This document shows positions 26,403 through 40,308 of a DNA stretch of 64,000 nucleotides, one piece after another; the stretch's first letter is position 1; each line of letters opens with the position of its first letter. The position numbers were made by a program, and so were the translations under genes. This DNA is from Octopus vulgaris (lineage: Eukaryota): positions 3,410,001 to 3,474,000 of the forward strand of contig OX597828.1 of assembly GCA_951406725.2 (NCBI GenBank). The letters run 5' to 3'. A model generated the notes under the pieces. That model saw nothing but the letters and a program-made list of their open reading frames with translations. It made no database searches and was not told the DNA's origin.

Positions 26403-28768
26403 TATATATATATATATTTATACGCACGAAATTGCCTCACTGGCTGATAACTGATGAGTAACTGAGAACTTTCTGTGTCTATTCTCTGTTCGTCTGTCCA
26501 TTTACTATACGTTTTTTTTTTTACCATAAATATATATATGCAAACAATATCACTAGCGCACACTTAATGTGTGTTATTAAACGCTCGTATCTGCATTAAT
26601 TCGTTTACGTAGGTCTTTTTCATGATGTATAATGTTAACATCCACAGTATTCTTCAAAGCTATGCGAAATGAAATCGTCCCAGAAGTGAACGTAAACAAT
26701 AGATATCAATAATTTGCAGTTTTTCCTCTTCATCGGTGTCGGGTAGTTATTAGTGTTTACCAATACACATACATGAAGCAAATGATATTGTTTATATTAT
26801 TTAGCTGCATCTAACACAAAATTTGAATATACATAAATACATACATATATATATAAATATATGCGTGTGTGTGTGTGTGTGTGTATACGTATATATGTTT
26901 ATTTAGTCATACATATTTGCACATACACGTACGCTCACACACGCACACCCCACAAACATACACATATGCACATATACATATATGGTAGACTTGCCGAACA
27001 TGCTCCTAATGAAGAGCAACCGATGTTGATCTTGACCTCCGGTAGAAAACAAAATTGACGCAAAAAATGGAAGCATCTTCGCATCCCCCACATATATTTA
27101 ATTATAATCTTTGTTTTATGTGGTGACTACCAAGGTTAATTAAAATAATTTAATTACCGTTTTATAATATATTTTATAAACTTAAAACACTAAGGTTAAT
27201 TAAACTGATTTAATTACCGTATATTTAAGAATCATTGTTTACGCGTGATAACTATTAAGACTAATTAACTGACCTAATTCCGTTTTATAGTATATTCTAT
27301 AACCATTGTTTACATGTCCGGCTGCTAAGAAACTACTATTCTCCGCGTCTGTTTTGTGTCGTTAATCTCCTCCATTGTGCCAGTATTCCTTCTGATGAAT
27401 AGGTTACTAATCATGTGTTATGTAACTTAAGTTGGATACCCGAATACTTAGAAACAAGGAGAATTTCGGCCTCTATAAAACACTTTTCCCTATCTGTGTA
27501 GCTTCCGCTCTATAATGAACTTATTTTCGTAAATTGGACTCTGTACTTATGAAGTTTCCATCGAGCTAACAGTCACCTCTCTTACACTTTAACAGTAACA
27601 AATTCCAGTTATTTGGTTAGAAGTCAGAGTTCACAATTCTATGTTCATATGAAATCTCTACAGCTCTACAAAATTCCCCAAATACCACTCACCTTTCAGC
27701 TATATTTTGCTCGGTTTATCCCCTATTACCGAACTTCCAAATATGCTTCAAACCATTTTTCTTTCCACTGATGCCCCAACGATTTTCTAGACGTCAACCT
27801 TTCTTCCTTTCTAATATAATCTGATCATTGACTGACTTTTGAAATCAATCCCTTTCACCTGATCCTCTTTATATCCGGCATGTTCTGTTAACTAATTCGT
27901 TGTAAGATAGAATTACGTTGATTGCCTTGACCGATTCCATCAACCACATTTCTCTACCAACGGACGCTTACAAACAGCTAACCCCGAGCGCTTCCCCTAT
28001 ATCTTTAGAAATGTTTCAGTGACGGTCAAACGCAGCTGACCTACCCATGTATATATTTAACAATACACACTGCTACACTCATATCTTACAACGCTCTTCT
28101 TTACTTTTCGCATACACGCGCCTACTTCATGCAGCCTAAAGAACCAGAAAAACTCTAATTATGATCCCTCGATTTGCTAGAATGAGCTACCAAATCTCTC
28201 TTAATCACACGATACATAATCCGAAAACGACAGCAGTGACTTTTATACGTCTTACATGGACTGCATTACTATTGAAGGAAGTCAGAGCATAGAAAAATGT
28301 GCACGACAACCAAGCATCTACGAATGTTAAAAAAGACAAAAAAAAGACAGCTAGCAACCTAAAACGCATCAACAAATGCTAAAACACCCTGTCTTTGATG
28401 ACTTTATATATTGATAAACGCAGAGAACAATATAGTAGAAAATACGCCAGTTGTTTTAATTCGGTTTCTCAATGCGAAGTTCAAACAAGATTAAAGAAAT
28501 GCTTGTACAGTGGTTGCAAACGAGGCAGCAAATATTTGGCTGATATTCCTACAAGATAACATGAATAGGGATAACAAATCCGCTACAATGAGAGCCAAAA
28601 CACCCACGAGTAACCCCCTATATTGGATAATGGGGTCCGGGATGTAGTGTCTCTGAGAAAAGACGGGTTGTTCACGGCTGGAACGCATTTAATCATTGAC
28701 TTTGCTCGATCAGAGCTGACCTAACCTTGCTGATTATTAATAATTTCTAACATGCTGAGGACGCAGCA

Positions 28769-28769
<1 letters not shown>

Positions 28770-28799
<30 letters not shown>

Positions 28800-28847
28800 C
28801 TTCTTCTTCTTCTTCTTCTTCTTCTTCTTCTTCTTCTTCTTCTTCTT

Positions 28848-28889
<42 letters not shown>

Positions 28890-28890
28890 A
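28770..28890. repeat. (CTT)n(CTA)n trinucleotide repeat
   Basis: Directly visible. Confidence 0.95.
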
Positions 28891-29620
28891 CCACTATGAC
28901 TACGACGACGGCGGCGGCAGCAGTTGCGGTTGCGGCTTTTGTTCTCCGAACAAGTCATGTACGTAACGCCGATCACTCGTACCCTATTCCTCTTTTAGTC
29001 ATCCGAGTCAACTATGTTCTACCGTTCTCTGTGCATGTTCAAAGGTAGAAATAGAAAAGATGATAATGTTTTGCGTCGCAGGTCTAATAAAGATTAACTA
29101 GGGGTCATAAAACATTAAGGATTCACGCCATGTTCCCCTAACAGGTGAATAAGAAAACTGTAGTCACATGCAGCCCCCGAAACTCTCTCTCTCTCTGCTT
29201 ACGTTTTCTACTTTCGTCAACTTATAGGTGGAATTGAATATCATCTATGCTAAACTTACCTGCTGCGGCTGCTGTCTTTTCTCCTCGGACCCAAAAATTA
29301 TAAAGACAACTGGCTCATTCATTTTCCTCTATTGCAGTTTCAAAGTCTCCTTCCATTGTATTTAATATATTCTTACTTGAAAGATGATTAAACGCGTAAG
29401 CACTAAATATTTGAATTCCAATCCATTTTTAATCTACAACATATTACACTTCATGCGCTTCATTTCATTGAATTTATACATACATACATACATACATACA
29501 TACATACATACATACATACATACATACACACATACACACATACATATATATATATATATACACATACATATATATGTATATATATGTATATATATATGTA
29601 TATATATATATATGTATATA

Positions 29621-29680
<60 letters not shown>

Positions 29681-29685
<5 letters not shown>

Positions 29686-30367
29686 ATATTTGAAGCGCAA
29701 AACCACTAGGTGGTCGGCCGTATGCTAGAAGTAGATCACCTACGATCAAACTACAAAGAAAGGAATGTTCTCTAGAGGAAAATTCAGCGGACACCAGAAC
29801 GAAATGCAGGCAAGACAGATGAAAATTAAATAAAAAACCAGAATTACTCACAGACCGGCGATTTCGCCTATTAACGAATGAATCACTTATGTAATCCATT
29901 GTCCATAGGCTCGTCATTGTGGTCGTTCCATAGGTAATGCAATTTGTAAAGCTAACCACCAGTATTCCGTATAAAATCAGACATGTACTTAGCGTCACCG
30001 ATTACATTGGTGTTAATTTCAAATGTCTTAGTTCTGGCGCGCTAAAATTCCGGAAACAGAATCCGCAGTAAATAATTTACTGCAGTTAATGCTGCCTGTT
30101 AGAGAACATATTTATTTTATCATTTAAATAATGAGGGAGATAAATTCAGTGTCCGCTGAATTTTCCTCTAGAGAACATTCCTTTCTTTGTAGTTTGATCG
30201 TAGGTGATCTACTTCTAGCATACGGCCGACCACCTAGTGGTTTTGCGCTTCAAATATACACATGTATTAGAATTTTCTCTGATTTTTCAGATTTTTGTAT
30301 GCTAGGCTACAGGTTTTAAATTGATATTAAATAAATTAATATTCAATTTATCTCCCTCATTATTTAA

Positions 30368-30369
<2 letters not shown>
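29681..30369. mobile_element. Non-coding HHR element, inverted plus circularly permuted (~550-nt unit), in TA/TG microsatellite
   Basis: 29681-29793 is inverted at 30149-30260 and 30122-30146 is inverted at 30345-30369. HHR-like motif on the minus strand at 29849-29921. Same family as 52263-52720. Confidence 0.8.
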
Positions 30370-30429
<60 letters not shown>

Positions 30430-31034
30430 GTTATTTATTTTTAATAGAACATTTTGTTTTATTAGTAGTAATGAAGAAAGAAAAAAGGGGAAAACATTAT
30501 CTTTTCTATTAACGTGAAGCTTTCATATTTGAATTATTTAAGAAGTTCTTATTATTCCATTGAAGAGTGATATCCACTTGACAGACTTATAAAAATGAAT
30601 TTAGCTTGAATCAGTGTTGTTGAACCAATTCATCTTAGGCTCTCTATAGGCTGCTAACTTAATGGTTTGAATACTGTTAAATTCAGTAATTAATGATATG
30701 TTAATGAATAACTAAATAAAATAAAAAAATAAATAAAAAAATGAAAAAAAAAAACAATGAAATTAAAATATGTATAAAAAAGAAAAAAATATAGAGAAAA
30801 AGAACATCAAAGAATATTCGATTGGAAACGGCGAGTTGTAATGATTGTTAATGGGATAGTACCATACCGTAATTTACATGTAACACCCACCGGTGTTTCT
30901 TTAATCATTAACTTTTCGTTTTAACAACAACATTAATAGTAACAACAAAAATAGTTTTAAAAAAGTCATAGAAAAAAATTACAGCACTCTTAGATCCACC
31001 CATCATCGTTAATCTATCCACCCAGTCCCCACAC

Positions 31035-31913
31035 ATGCACACAGCACCACTGCCTCGATTCATGCTCATCTTCACCATCACCACTACCACCACCCTTATA
31101 ACTACGAGCGTCATCACTGGCATCAATAGTGATAATAATAATAATAACAACAACAATAAAAAATTCTATCCTCACTGGCCCCTACCACTTGTATCGCCAC
31201 CTCCACCATCTTCCCCCGCTGCTCACCATGGACAACAGCAGACACCTTCCTATCTATCCCCAGCACCACACATTACAGATAATCTAATCTCCATTTATAG
31301 AGACATCACTATATCAACCAATATTATGCTACTCGAAGAGCTAAGCGCGCCACCGGCACCACGACCGCCACCGTCATCAGAGAGTAACACCAGCGCTAAT
31401 AGAACTAGTCTAAGTAGCACCAAGACGGTCATCTCTACTTCATTTCCACTCTTCCACCCCAATCCACCCCACTAGCATCCATCGCTACAGCCGCCATCAA
31501 TAATATTAGGCTACAATCACCTCTGTCACTGGCGTCAGCATTTGGACATTCAACATGGCTGAACCGATCCCCATCATCACTAACACCACCACTACGACAA
31601 CGACAACAACGAAACATAGCACCAACACCAACACCACCATCATCACCGCCACCACCACCACCACCACCACCAGAACCACCACCCCCAGAACCAACACCAA
31701 CACTATCATCATCACCACCACCACCAGAACCAATACCAACACCTTCATCACCACCACCACCACCACCACTACCACACCACCAGAACCACCACCACCACCA
31801 CCATCATCACCACCACCACCACCACCACCACCACCAGAACCAACACCAACATCATCATCACCACCACCATCACCACCACCACCATCATCACCACCACCAC
31901 CAGAACCACCACC

Positions 31914-31947
<34 letters not shown>

Positions 31948-32045
31948 TCTGTAGTAAGAGCAGCAGCATCGTCATTAGCGGTCAGCACAACAGAAGCAGC
32001 GGCTTCGTTATCAGCAGTCTCAACAACAGAAGCATCATCATGATC
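31035..32045. repeat. Compound (ACC/ATC/AAC)n low-complexity tract
   Basis: Directly visible; produces poly-P/T/G/V ORFs in several frames. Confidence 0.85.
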
Positions 32046-32349
32046 TTCAACACTTTTATCCTCTTAATCATTATTGTCATCTTTACCTGTAACATCAGCC
32101 TCAGCCAACCCCTTCCGCAACCCGCCATCGCACCCTAATCATAACGATAAAAACGATGATAATCAAAATTATTCCGAACAAAGTCAAAAGAAATATGTGG
32201 CAATGAAGAGATGAAATAAAAGGCTGGAATAGAAGAAGCGAGAGGGAAATTAATTTGGAAACGTCAAGTGTGGAGGTTGGACCGGAATATATTTAAATAG
32301 TAACGATAGTGCATTTCTTCTGTAACCTAAAGTATGGAAGCTGGGACGT

Positions 32350-32950
32350 ACTACTTACGTCATTAACGCTGATTTTCTAGGAACAGAATAGCGGTAATCA
32401 AAATTTGGCTGTCAATAGCTTCTAGTTTCAGTGTCACATCTGGTTGGCTGAGAGTTATCCATCGTGTTATTAGTATGATGATAGCACCACTGGAACTATG
32501 TCTAAGCCACTTCAATTTATTTCATCCACTTCACTTAATTTTAATCATGTAGGTCAGGCACTATTAAGTACTCTTATAAGTGTAGAGGTCATTGGAATAT
32601 TAATCAGTGTTAATTATCAATGTTGAGTTCGTTCCTGGCGTTGTATGGAAATGAAGGAAGTGTTGGAAGAGTCGTTATGAAAACAAACAGCACATCGGGG
32701 ACTAGGTAGATATATGAGGATTTCAATGGCCTTCTCTACGTAAGTGGCTACCATGAAGTATTTACCATAAAGCCGTAGGTACCCGCTGTTCTATAGAATG
32801 GAGAATCAATTCTGTGGCTGAAACTATTGAGTTCAATTTCTCTGATGAGCAACAGTCCAATCCAAGTAAAAGAATATTCGATCAGCTAATTCAACATAAA
32901 CTAGAAATGATTTCATGTCTAGTAATTTCTTGAGGTTTGGAATAAAGATT
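32350..32950 (-). mobile_element. Possible very old LINE APE endonuclease remnant
   Basis: Minus-strand GLLLIREIELN and KWLRHSSS loosely match APE motifs (LL.L.ET.L, H..WL..S). Confidence 0.3.
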
Positions 32951-34573
32951 AGATATCGCCCTATAAGAGATGACAATTACCGAGTTTAGTACATACACCG
33001 GTTGTAGAATGACTAGGAGTCATCGTTTATTCCCTGGTTGTTTTAATTTTTAATGAGTCTAAAGTGAACAAAGACAAAGTGGTCTTGATACAAAATAAAG
33101 ATAAAATATAAAATATAAAAACGTTCCTTTAAATTATGTATATTGAATAATAGACCACGAAACATGTTATGTGTTTGTCTTGTCTGCGCGGGATAATTGT
33201 AGCCTTATTTCTAGAAAAAGTACTTATCTTCTCGAAGAAACGAATGGGTTTAATGGGAATTATAATCAGTTAAATCTATAACACCAGTATTTTACTGTTA
33301 TTTACTTCTTCGATGACTAGTTGACGAACGAAAAACCCTGATAGTTATAGATTTTAACACAGAACAGTAAGGAACTACACTTGATACAATCAAACTTCTG
33401 GTCGTATTCTTATGTTTTTCGGCTGAGGCTATTATAATTTTATTTCTGATAGAAGAATGACGTCTGTTTTACAGAGGAATAAGTAATGGGATTCGGTGAT
33501 AATAACTAATTTGGCAAAGAATCACCTGTTCTAACCAATAATGACTTTTATCTACAACGATTCGGCACTTTCCGACAATGCGAAAGAGAGAGGTCTTGGC
33601 TAAGACTGATTTAAGTTGCTTTCATTTGTTTTCTCGTGGTGGCCATCGTTTATATGGTCTCTCATGGTGCCATCCTTGGTCAACGGTAAGGAAGGTCATT
33701 ACATCTAAGAGAGACCAATCGGTTGCAGTGATTGCCAAAAAACTCAGTAATTCTTGACTCAAAACCTTAGTGGAACCCTATTCAATTTGTAGATTTGACG
33801 GGTGGCTTATTGAATCCATCCGCTCCTCAGAGCAGGCATTGTTTTGGTTGTGTCTGGGTGCTCAAAAAATATGGAACGCAAATAACAATTTAATCTGGCA
33901 TTGAAATCAACCACCAAATATATACTTAGGTATGGATATTTAAAACAATTTATAATTTGTTTTGAATGTACAGCAGTCATGTGACGCGTATTGTATGCTT
34001 ATTAATATATAATGTATTGATATTTTGATTGCACAAATTCAGGTAGAATAAACAGATAGTGTCTCTCACAGTTGTTAATTTGTAATGGATCGTATTTTCT
34101 CATGGATTATAATTATCACTTGTAAGGATTCGTTCGGGATATTGTGAAGCCGTTTTGATTATAGAATCATTTTAAATTTTCGCTCAATATCATAAACGAT
34201 TTATGATTTTTTGAACTACTGACAATGTCATTATGCGATTAGAACTTCATAGAAATTGGGTGGCGGTTTTTGTTATTGAAATGGCAACGAAACTAAAATA
34301 ACACTTTAATAACATGAACTCCCGACCTGAATTCTGAACGAATAGCTGAATAATAGAACTGGAGCTTATTCATTTGCAATGTAGCTTCTATCACGTCTAT
34401 AAGGACATATATGCATATATAACTAAGTTGCCACAGGCACACACACAAAGGATTGCGTGGGCGCGCGGACACGCACGCACATACACTCATATGTATACTC
34501 TAAATAAATTTTACCAGTACAGACATGTACTTTAAGGTTCACATATACATATATATATATTTATATATATATA

Positions 34574-34753
34574 GGAGATGTACCTGCATAGCAAGTGATT
34601 TGATCTGAGATCGTGTGCTGAAACGAAAACAATTGCAGCGTGGAAGGTGTTTGTAAGCCATTTAAGAAACACACAAAAGCCATTCGATTCACTTCAACAT
34701 TTAACTTTAATTTGTCAAAATATTTTCGTCGCTTTAAGACCGCGACCTGTTCA
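34574..34753 (-). mobile_element. 5'-truncated copy of the 12753-13095 family
   Basis: Near-identical to the reverse complement of 12914-13092. Begins (minus strand) at tgaacaggtcgc. (TA)n on both sides. Confidence 0.85.
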
Positions 34754-34974
34754 TATATATGTATGTACACATACATACATATATACTCTCCTATATATAC
34801 GTACATACATATAAACACACACACTTAAAGTATGGTCATACACACGCGCAGATACACAAACACACACATATGTTTATAGTCCTCAAAGACACATCAAGCA
34901 TCTATTCTCAAAATAGTGACTATAAGCGAACTCAGTTTCCTTAAAGCTTAGAGGACATATAAATTATTTTCATA

Positions 34975-35162
34975 TTTTGATACGAGGCCAGCAATATCGG
35001 TTGAAATGTTACATCGATCTCAGCTGTTAGTTATTTTAACAACCGCAAAGGGATAAAAGGCAAAGTCGACCTCGGCGGAATCTGCACGTAAAACGTAATG
35101 TCGGACGAAGCACCGATAAGCATTTTGTTTGGCATGCTAACAATTCTGCCAGATCACCGTCT
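34975..35162 (-). mobile_element. SINE family B, degenerate
   Basis: aaaggcaaagtcgacctcggcggaat motif. Confidence 0.75.
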
Positions 35163-35359
35163 TAGGGGAACATGATTTAATACAAAATTCTGTCGACCAA
35201 CTGATTTAAAAGCAACTCGAAGCAAATACGCATCTTTTGTTTAAAATCATAAAATGCTTAATAAAACCTGATATTAGAAATGCATATCGTTTGGTGTATA
35301 TTTATTAATGTGAAAGGTATAGACGGCTTATTAACCTAATCTATATGTATCTCAAAGAA

Positions 35360-35785
35360 GGTGGCGAGCTGGCAGAAACGTTAGCACGCCGGGCGAAATG
35401 CGTAGCCGAATTTCGTCTGCCGTTGCGTTCTGAGTTAAAATTCCGCTGAGGTCGACTTTGCCTTTCAACCTTTCGGGGTCGATAAATTGGGTACTGAGGT
35501 TCGATCTAATCAACTGGACACCTCACAAATAATTTCAGGATTTGCGCCTAGAGTGGAAAAGGATATTTACCTTAATGCGGCGAGCTGGCAGAATCGTTAG
35601 CACGCTTGGCAAAATGCTCGGTAGCTTTTCGACAGTCTACACGTTCTGAGTTCTAATTCCGCCGAAGTCGACTTTGCCTTTAATCATTTTGGGGTCGATA
35701 AAATAAACACTAGTTGAATACAGGGATCGATGTAATTGACTTCCACTTTCTCCCAAAACTGCTGACCTTGTGCGAAAATGTGAAA
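35360..35785 (+). mobile_element. Two adjacent SINE family B copies
   Basis: Heads ggcgagctggcagaa at about 35363 and 35579. Confidence 0.85.
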
Positions 35786-36663
35786 TTAATATTTTTCTTA
35801 AAGCGATCTTTTCGTCTCGTCTGTAGCATAGCATATTGTAAAAAAATGACTTAACTGGGGAAGTGGTTCGAATAACGACTTCTGTATCATAAGTGACTCG
35901 TGAAAGTTGTATTCAACTGTCAGTTAGAATTCCTCAGAAGAACCTGCTTGGAAATCCTGAGAAAGAATTCAGACATATACCAGCAAGTCGAAATAAGCTT
36001 GTTTGTTGAAGTGGAATATGGTAGAGAATGCGATTGTTGGCAAGGACAGATATAACTAAATGTTGATCTATTCTTGAATGTCTGTGCAATATCCAATATT
36101 AATTTCAAATTTTGGTACCAGGTCAGCAATTTCGGAGGCAGATGTAAGTCATTTAGATCTAACTTAGTGTTGAACTGCTACTTATTTTATATTGACCCCG
36201 AAAGAATGAAAGCCAGAGTCGACCTCGACGAAAGTAAGACGGACAATATAAAAAAATCGGATGCTTCAGATTCTAAAAAAATAAATATCTATCTATCTAT
36301 ACACAAATATATTATCATGTAAAATGATATTTCAATATAAGAAATACCACTTTTAGAGAGGAAAGAAAACTTAGTCTATCACCTAAATGAAACATTATCT
36401 GTTGCTTGGCGAGCGTTATTTTATATCTGGATATTTCTTTGTAGCGAAGGATTGATTACATTCCATACATATAAATAGATAATGCATACATTGAAAGCCT
36501 ACATATCACAATAAACTTCTGTTTGAGGATAATGCATAAATTCATTCATGGATTGTAATTACTGAAAAGAAGAGTGAAAATATCGGAATATCCGTGTAAA
36601 ATAATTACAAATGGCGAATAACTGATAAAACATATCAATACTGATGGTATGAATGACTGACTA

Positions 36664-37160
36664 AATAATTAACGAATCAAAGATTATCAGTAGATAAAGA
36701 CAACTACTAAACCTGAAAAGACTCCCAACAAAGGCAAAATTCACATTGGCGAAAGAAATAGCGAACTTTAGAGACAATCGTTGTAGGACGTATAAAAAAA
36801 AGAAAACAAAAAAAAAACATGAACAAGAAACAACTAAAAGATTCAAGAATTGGAAAGAATTGAAGATGAATGTCAACATGAATTGCAAAACAAAAACTTG
36901 CATCTATTGCATCACAGGCTTTCAATGCAATGAGAATTTTCTTGGAGAAGCAGGAGCAAAATTAAACAGCCATCTGAGAATGAACAAACAGCAAATTAAG
37001 AATTTGTCTCTTAGAACTGTTCCATCTGGCGGACATCTAGGCAATTAGACAAATAAAAAATTCAAAATATTTCCCTTTTTTCAAAATAAAAGAAACAAAA
37101 TGTTCAACTACGAAAGGAAAAGCAGAATAGTTTATAAGAATTGTTAATCCAAAACTAAAC
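36664..37160 (+). mobile_element. Neptune-like PLE fragment: linker Zn-finger plus GIY-YIG pseudogene
   Basis: ISR*RQLLNLKRLPTKAKF..RDNRCRTY..MNCKTKTCIYCITGFQCNENFLGEAG..QQIKN..FKIFPFF..VNPKLN matches PLE linker and GIY-YIG; catalytic residues are decayed. Confidence 0.8.
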
Positions 37161-38154
37161 GAGAAACAGACAGCACTATTGTTGACAACAAGATCCTTTC
37201 AAAACCATTTTTTAAAAAATAATTAACACACACACACACACACACACACTCACACACACATACTCACACAGACTCACATATACAGAGACTCACACACACA
37301 CAAGAGGCGGTGACCTAGCATGGGCATAGTCTGAAATAAACGATAAAAGTTATATACAGATATCTGTGGCTGAGGATATACCTGAGTGTGTGTGAATAGG
37401 TGTGTATCTGTGTAAAACATTCATGTAAAACAATGTGCATCAGACAGCTTAGATACATTTAAGGTAATTAAATGACAATTATTAAAGACTTTGCTATGAA
37501 ATTCCAAACAGATGTTATTACACAACATTCTCATTCTTTGACTGTGGATTATTTAGTTCTAATTCGATAATTTCATCATTTATACTAATACAATGTTTCA
37601 ATTCACTGTCTGCATTACGTGTAGTAATGTTGTTACGAAAAGTTGCCTATTGTCCCTGGAGTCAATTACTTTATCATCTAGAGAACTAATACTTCGACTA
37701 GCTCTTATAACTGACGTTGTTATTTGTAGTACTGTTTTTATAACTTTCGTGCGTTATAAATATGATTGAAGTGATCCAGTTTAAAATGTGTTGCCCTCTA
37801 TGATGACAAATATCCAATTAGAATTAAATCGTCCGTAATATATTCAGCCCTAACCGATCTTAAACGCTTAATCCAGATTGGCCATTTTAATGTTAATGGT
37901 ATGAAATCTATGCATCACTGGAGCGTGTTCTACCTTAAATGGCAATAAATCATCCTCATCAATCAATGGGCTGATATGCATTTCTTTTGTACAGGGCGAG
38001 TAGGAAAAAATCCCCGGCAAGCTCGTGGACAAAGGAAAGCCATGACTTAGACTGCTCTGTGTTGCTAGCGACTGGAAGGATGAAGTAGACCATATGGCGC
38101 TAACGAAGCAATACTGCAATCTTATGCATTAGTCTGGCCTGACAAGAAGGCTCT

Positions 38155-38330
38155 GTGACAACCGATTTTGGTGTGTCTGCATCCCCGTAACTTAGCGTTT
38201 CGGCAGACAACCGATAGAATAAGTACCAGGCTTACAAAGAATAAGTCCAGTGTCGATTTCTTCGACTAAAAGGCGGTGCTCTAGAATGGCCACAGTCAAA
38301 GTGACTGAAAGAGTCAAAGTGTAAAAGTAT
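38155..38330 (+). mobile_element. SINE family A, 3' portion
   Basis: Matches 57665-57845. Confidence 0.85.
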
Positions 38331-38353
38331 ATACGTACGTATATACGCATATA

Positions 38354-38603
38354 CAGTAATCCCTCGCCATATCGCGGTTCACCTATCGCGGTACACCTAT
38401 CGCGGTACACCTATCGCGGTACACCTATCGCGGTTTATTATTTAAGCTTACGTCGATTCCTCCGTGGTGATGCTTTGCATTTATAAAAAATATATATAAA
38501 TTATAAAAATAAAAAAAGATATACAGTGCAGTACTGTTTCGCAGATTGTCACCTATGGCAGTGTGTTTTGGAAGTAACACCCGCGATAGTCGAGGGATTA
38601 TTG
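38354..38603. mobile_element. Tigger/pogo-like MITE with TA TSD
   Basis: TIRs cagtaatccctcg / cgagggattattg flanked by TA; internal tandem of cacctatcgcggta. Confidence 0.8.
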
Positions 38604-38717
38604 TACACATAGGCACACATAATTAGAAGTGGTGCATAGCTCAAAAATGAACACTCAACTATACTCAAACTAGATGACCCTATAATTTAACGACAATCAC
38701 GCAAAGGATGTCACATA

Positions 38718-38886
38718 ACTCCAGGTCCAGTGGAAGAACGATAGACTTGCGTCCGTGAAAAGTGCATATTTGTACCTAGGACGAACGTAGTCAAGATGGC
38801 GGAAGAAGGAAAATGAGCATTGCGCCCAAAGCTTTCGCGCATTTCACAATCATAAGTCTACCATACTTGAACTAAACCTGGAGTGT
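38718..38886. repeat. Degenerate ~50-bp inverted repeat, possible old MITE
   Basis: actccaggt..tagactt..gtgaaa versus tttcac..aagtcta..acctggagt. Confidence 0.4.
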
Positions 38887-39219
38887 TTTGTATGATCGAC
38901 ATTGGATTACACACATATATACACACTCACACATAGACACACACGCATGCACGCGTACACACATGCATGTTTACATGTGCATAGATATAGTTGACCTCTC
39001 AGTTATTCGTTTCGGACTGGTTTAGTGTAATATGCATAAAGACTATTGTATTTTGACTATTGTATTCTTTACAGACTAACCATAATCCAAATCATAGTTT
39101 TCTTTTTGAAGAAATAACTGCCATAAAAATGTATATCTCTAGTAAAATAGCACATTTTGCTGAGACAATCTATTTTGTAATGATAATATTATTTCAGATT
39201 CTTCACCAACTATATTTCC

Positions 39220-39260
<41 letters not shown>

Positions 39261-40308
39261 ACACACATACACACGCACACATTATTTATATTGTTAACAT
39301 GATTTGAATTTGTTTCTATTAAGTCTGGTATTTGTAATAATCAGTTATAATAGGTGACCTAAAACAGAGTGACAGTTCAATTGCAAGACTGTCATATATC
39401 GGTGTATTACTTCAACCGTAGCGAAACTTCGGTTCGAATCTCGAGTGCTTATGGGAGGGCAACACGTGTGTGAAGTGAACATTAGTAAATAGGAAACCTT
39501 TTTGTTTTGGTTTTTGGCATTTGTATATCTTTTCAAATATACGAACATTTTCCGTGTACCATTCTCCTCCTTCTCCTCTTCTTCCTCCACCTAGTTGTGC
39601 TATTTCATTTGAATCTAACATATATGCTAGGACAATTGAATTGACATTAAAAATTTGTCTTTTAGAAACACAAACTTCGGCTTGTCGAAATGTTTATGGT
39701 TTCCTCGTGATTTCAATGTAGACAAGGCAATGTAGCCAAGGAATGTAGAGAAGACAAGCCATCCAGGATTGGTAGATTCAAATCAAAGTTGTAGTTTGAA
39801 TTTCAAGGATAAATTGTGAGTAGTTTCTTGTTTGGTCGAGTATAAGTAACCTTTATGCAGGTACTTGTCTCATCCTGGTTCAACGAGTAAAAGCGCTGAG
39901 TTTAAAAGAATCTAACCCAAAATATTGCGATTTTTACAAATTATTTAAAAAAGATATTTTAGCATAGTAATATAATTATTACTAAACATATTACTTAATT
40001 AATGGCGCGATTTTCTGCGGACAGTATTTAGGATGAAATCGCTTGAATAAGGTTGGAGACATTTGTAGAATTCCCACAAGTGCCGAAAATGAAACACGAA
40101 TTTGAGCTTGCAACAACTGTTTTGTATGTTTCGCTTGCACGATTTGCGTAAAAAAACATAAAGATAAGAGTTTTCTTCAAAATCTTCATATGACATTTTG
40201 AAATATATTCAAAGAACAGATAAATTCAAGAGAGAACATTCTTAGATTACCAGCCGAATGATCGGAAGCAAGTAACTCGGAGTATTGGAATTAGGAGCCT
40301 TTCAGTTA

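Noticed and set aside
26451-26470. Isolated CTGATGA/CTGACGA heptamers (also about 4644, 4816, 32843, 45278, 54770, 63816)
   Set aside because: No paired stem II followed by GAAA; expected by chance.
31035-32043. Pro/Thr-rich ORFs resembling mucin, extensin or formin
   Set aside because: ACC-type trinucleotide tract open in multiple frames; no splice sites or non-repetitive coding flanks identified.
38369-38433. Short regular repeat resembling a CRISPR array
   Set aside because: No spacers, lies inside a MITE, eukaryotic context, no cas genes.
39421-39445. ggttcgaatc B-box, possible tRNA
   Set aside because: No A box or cloverleaf can be built around it.
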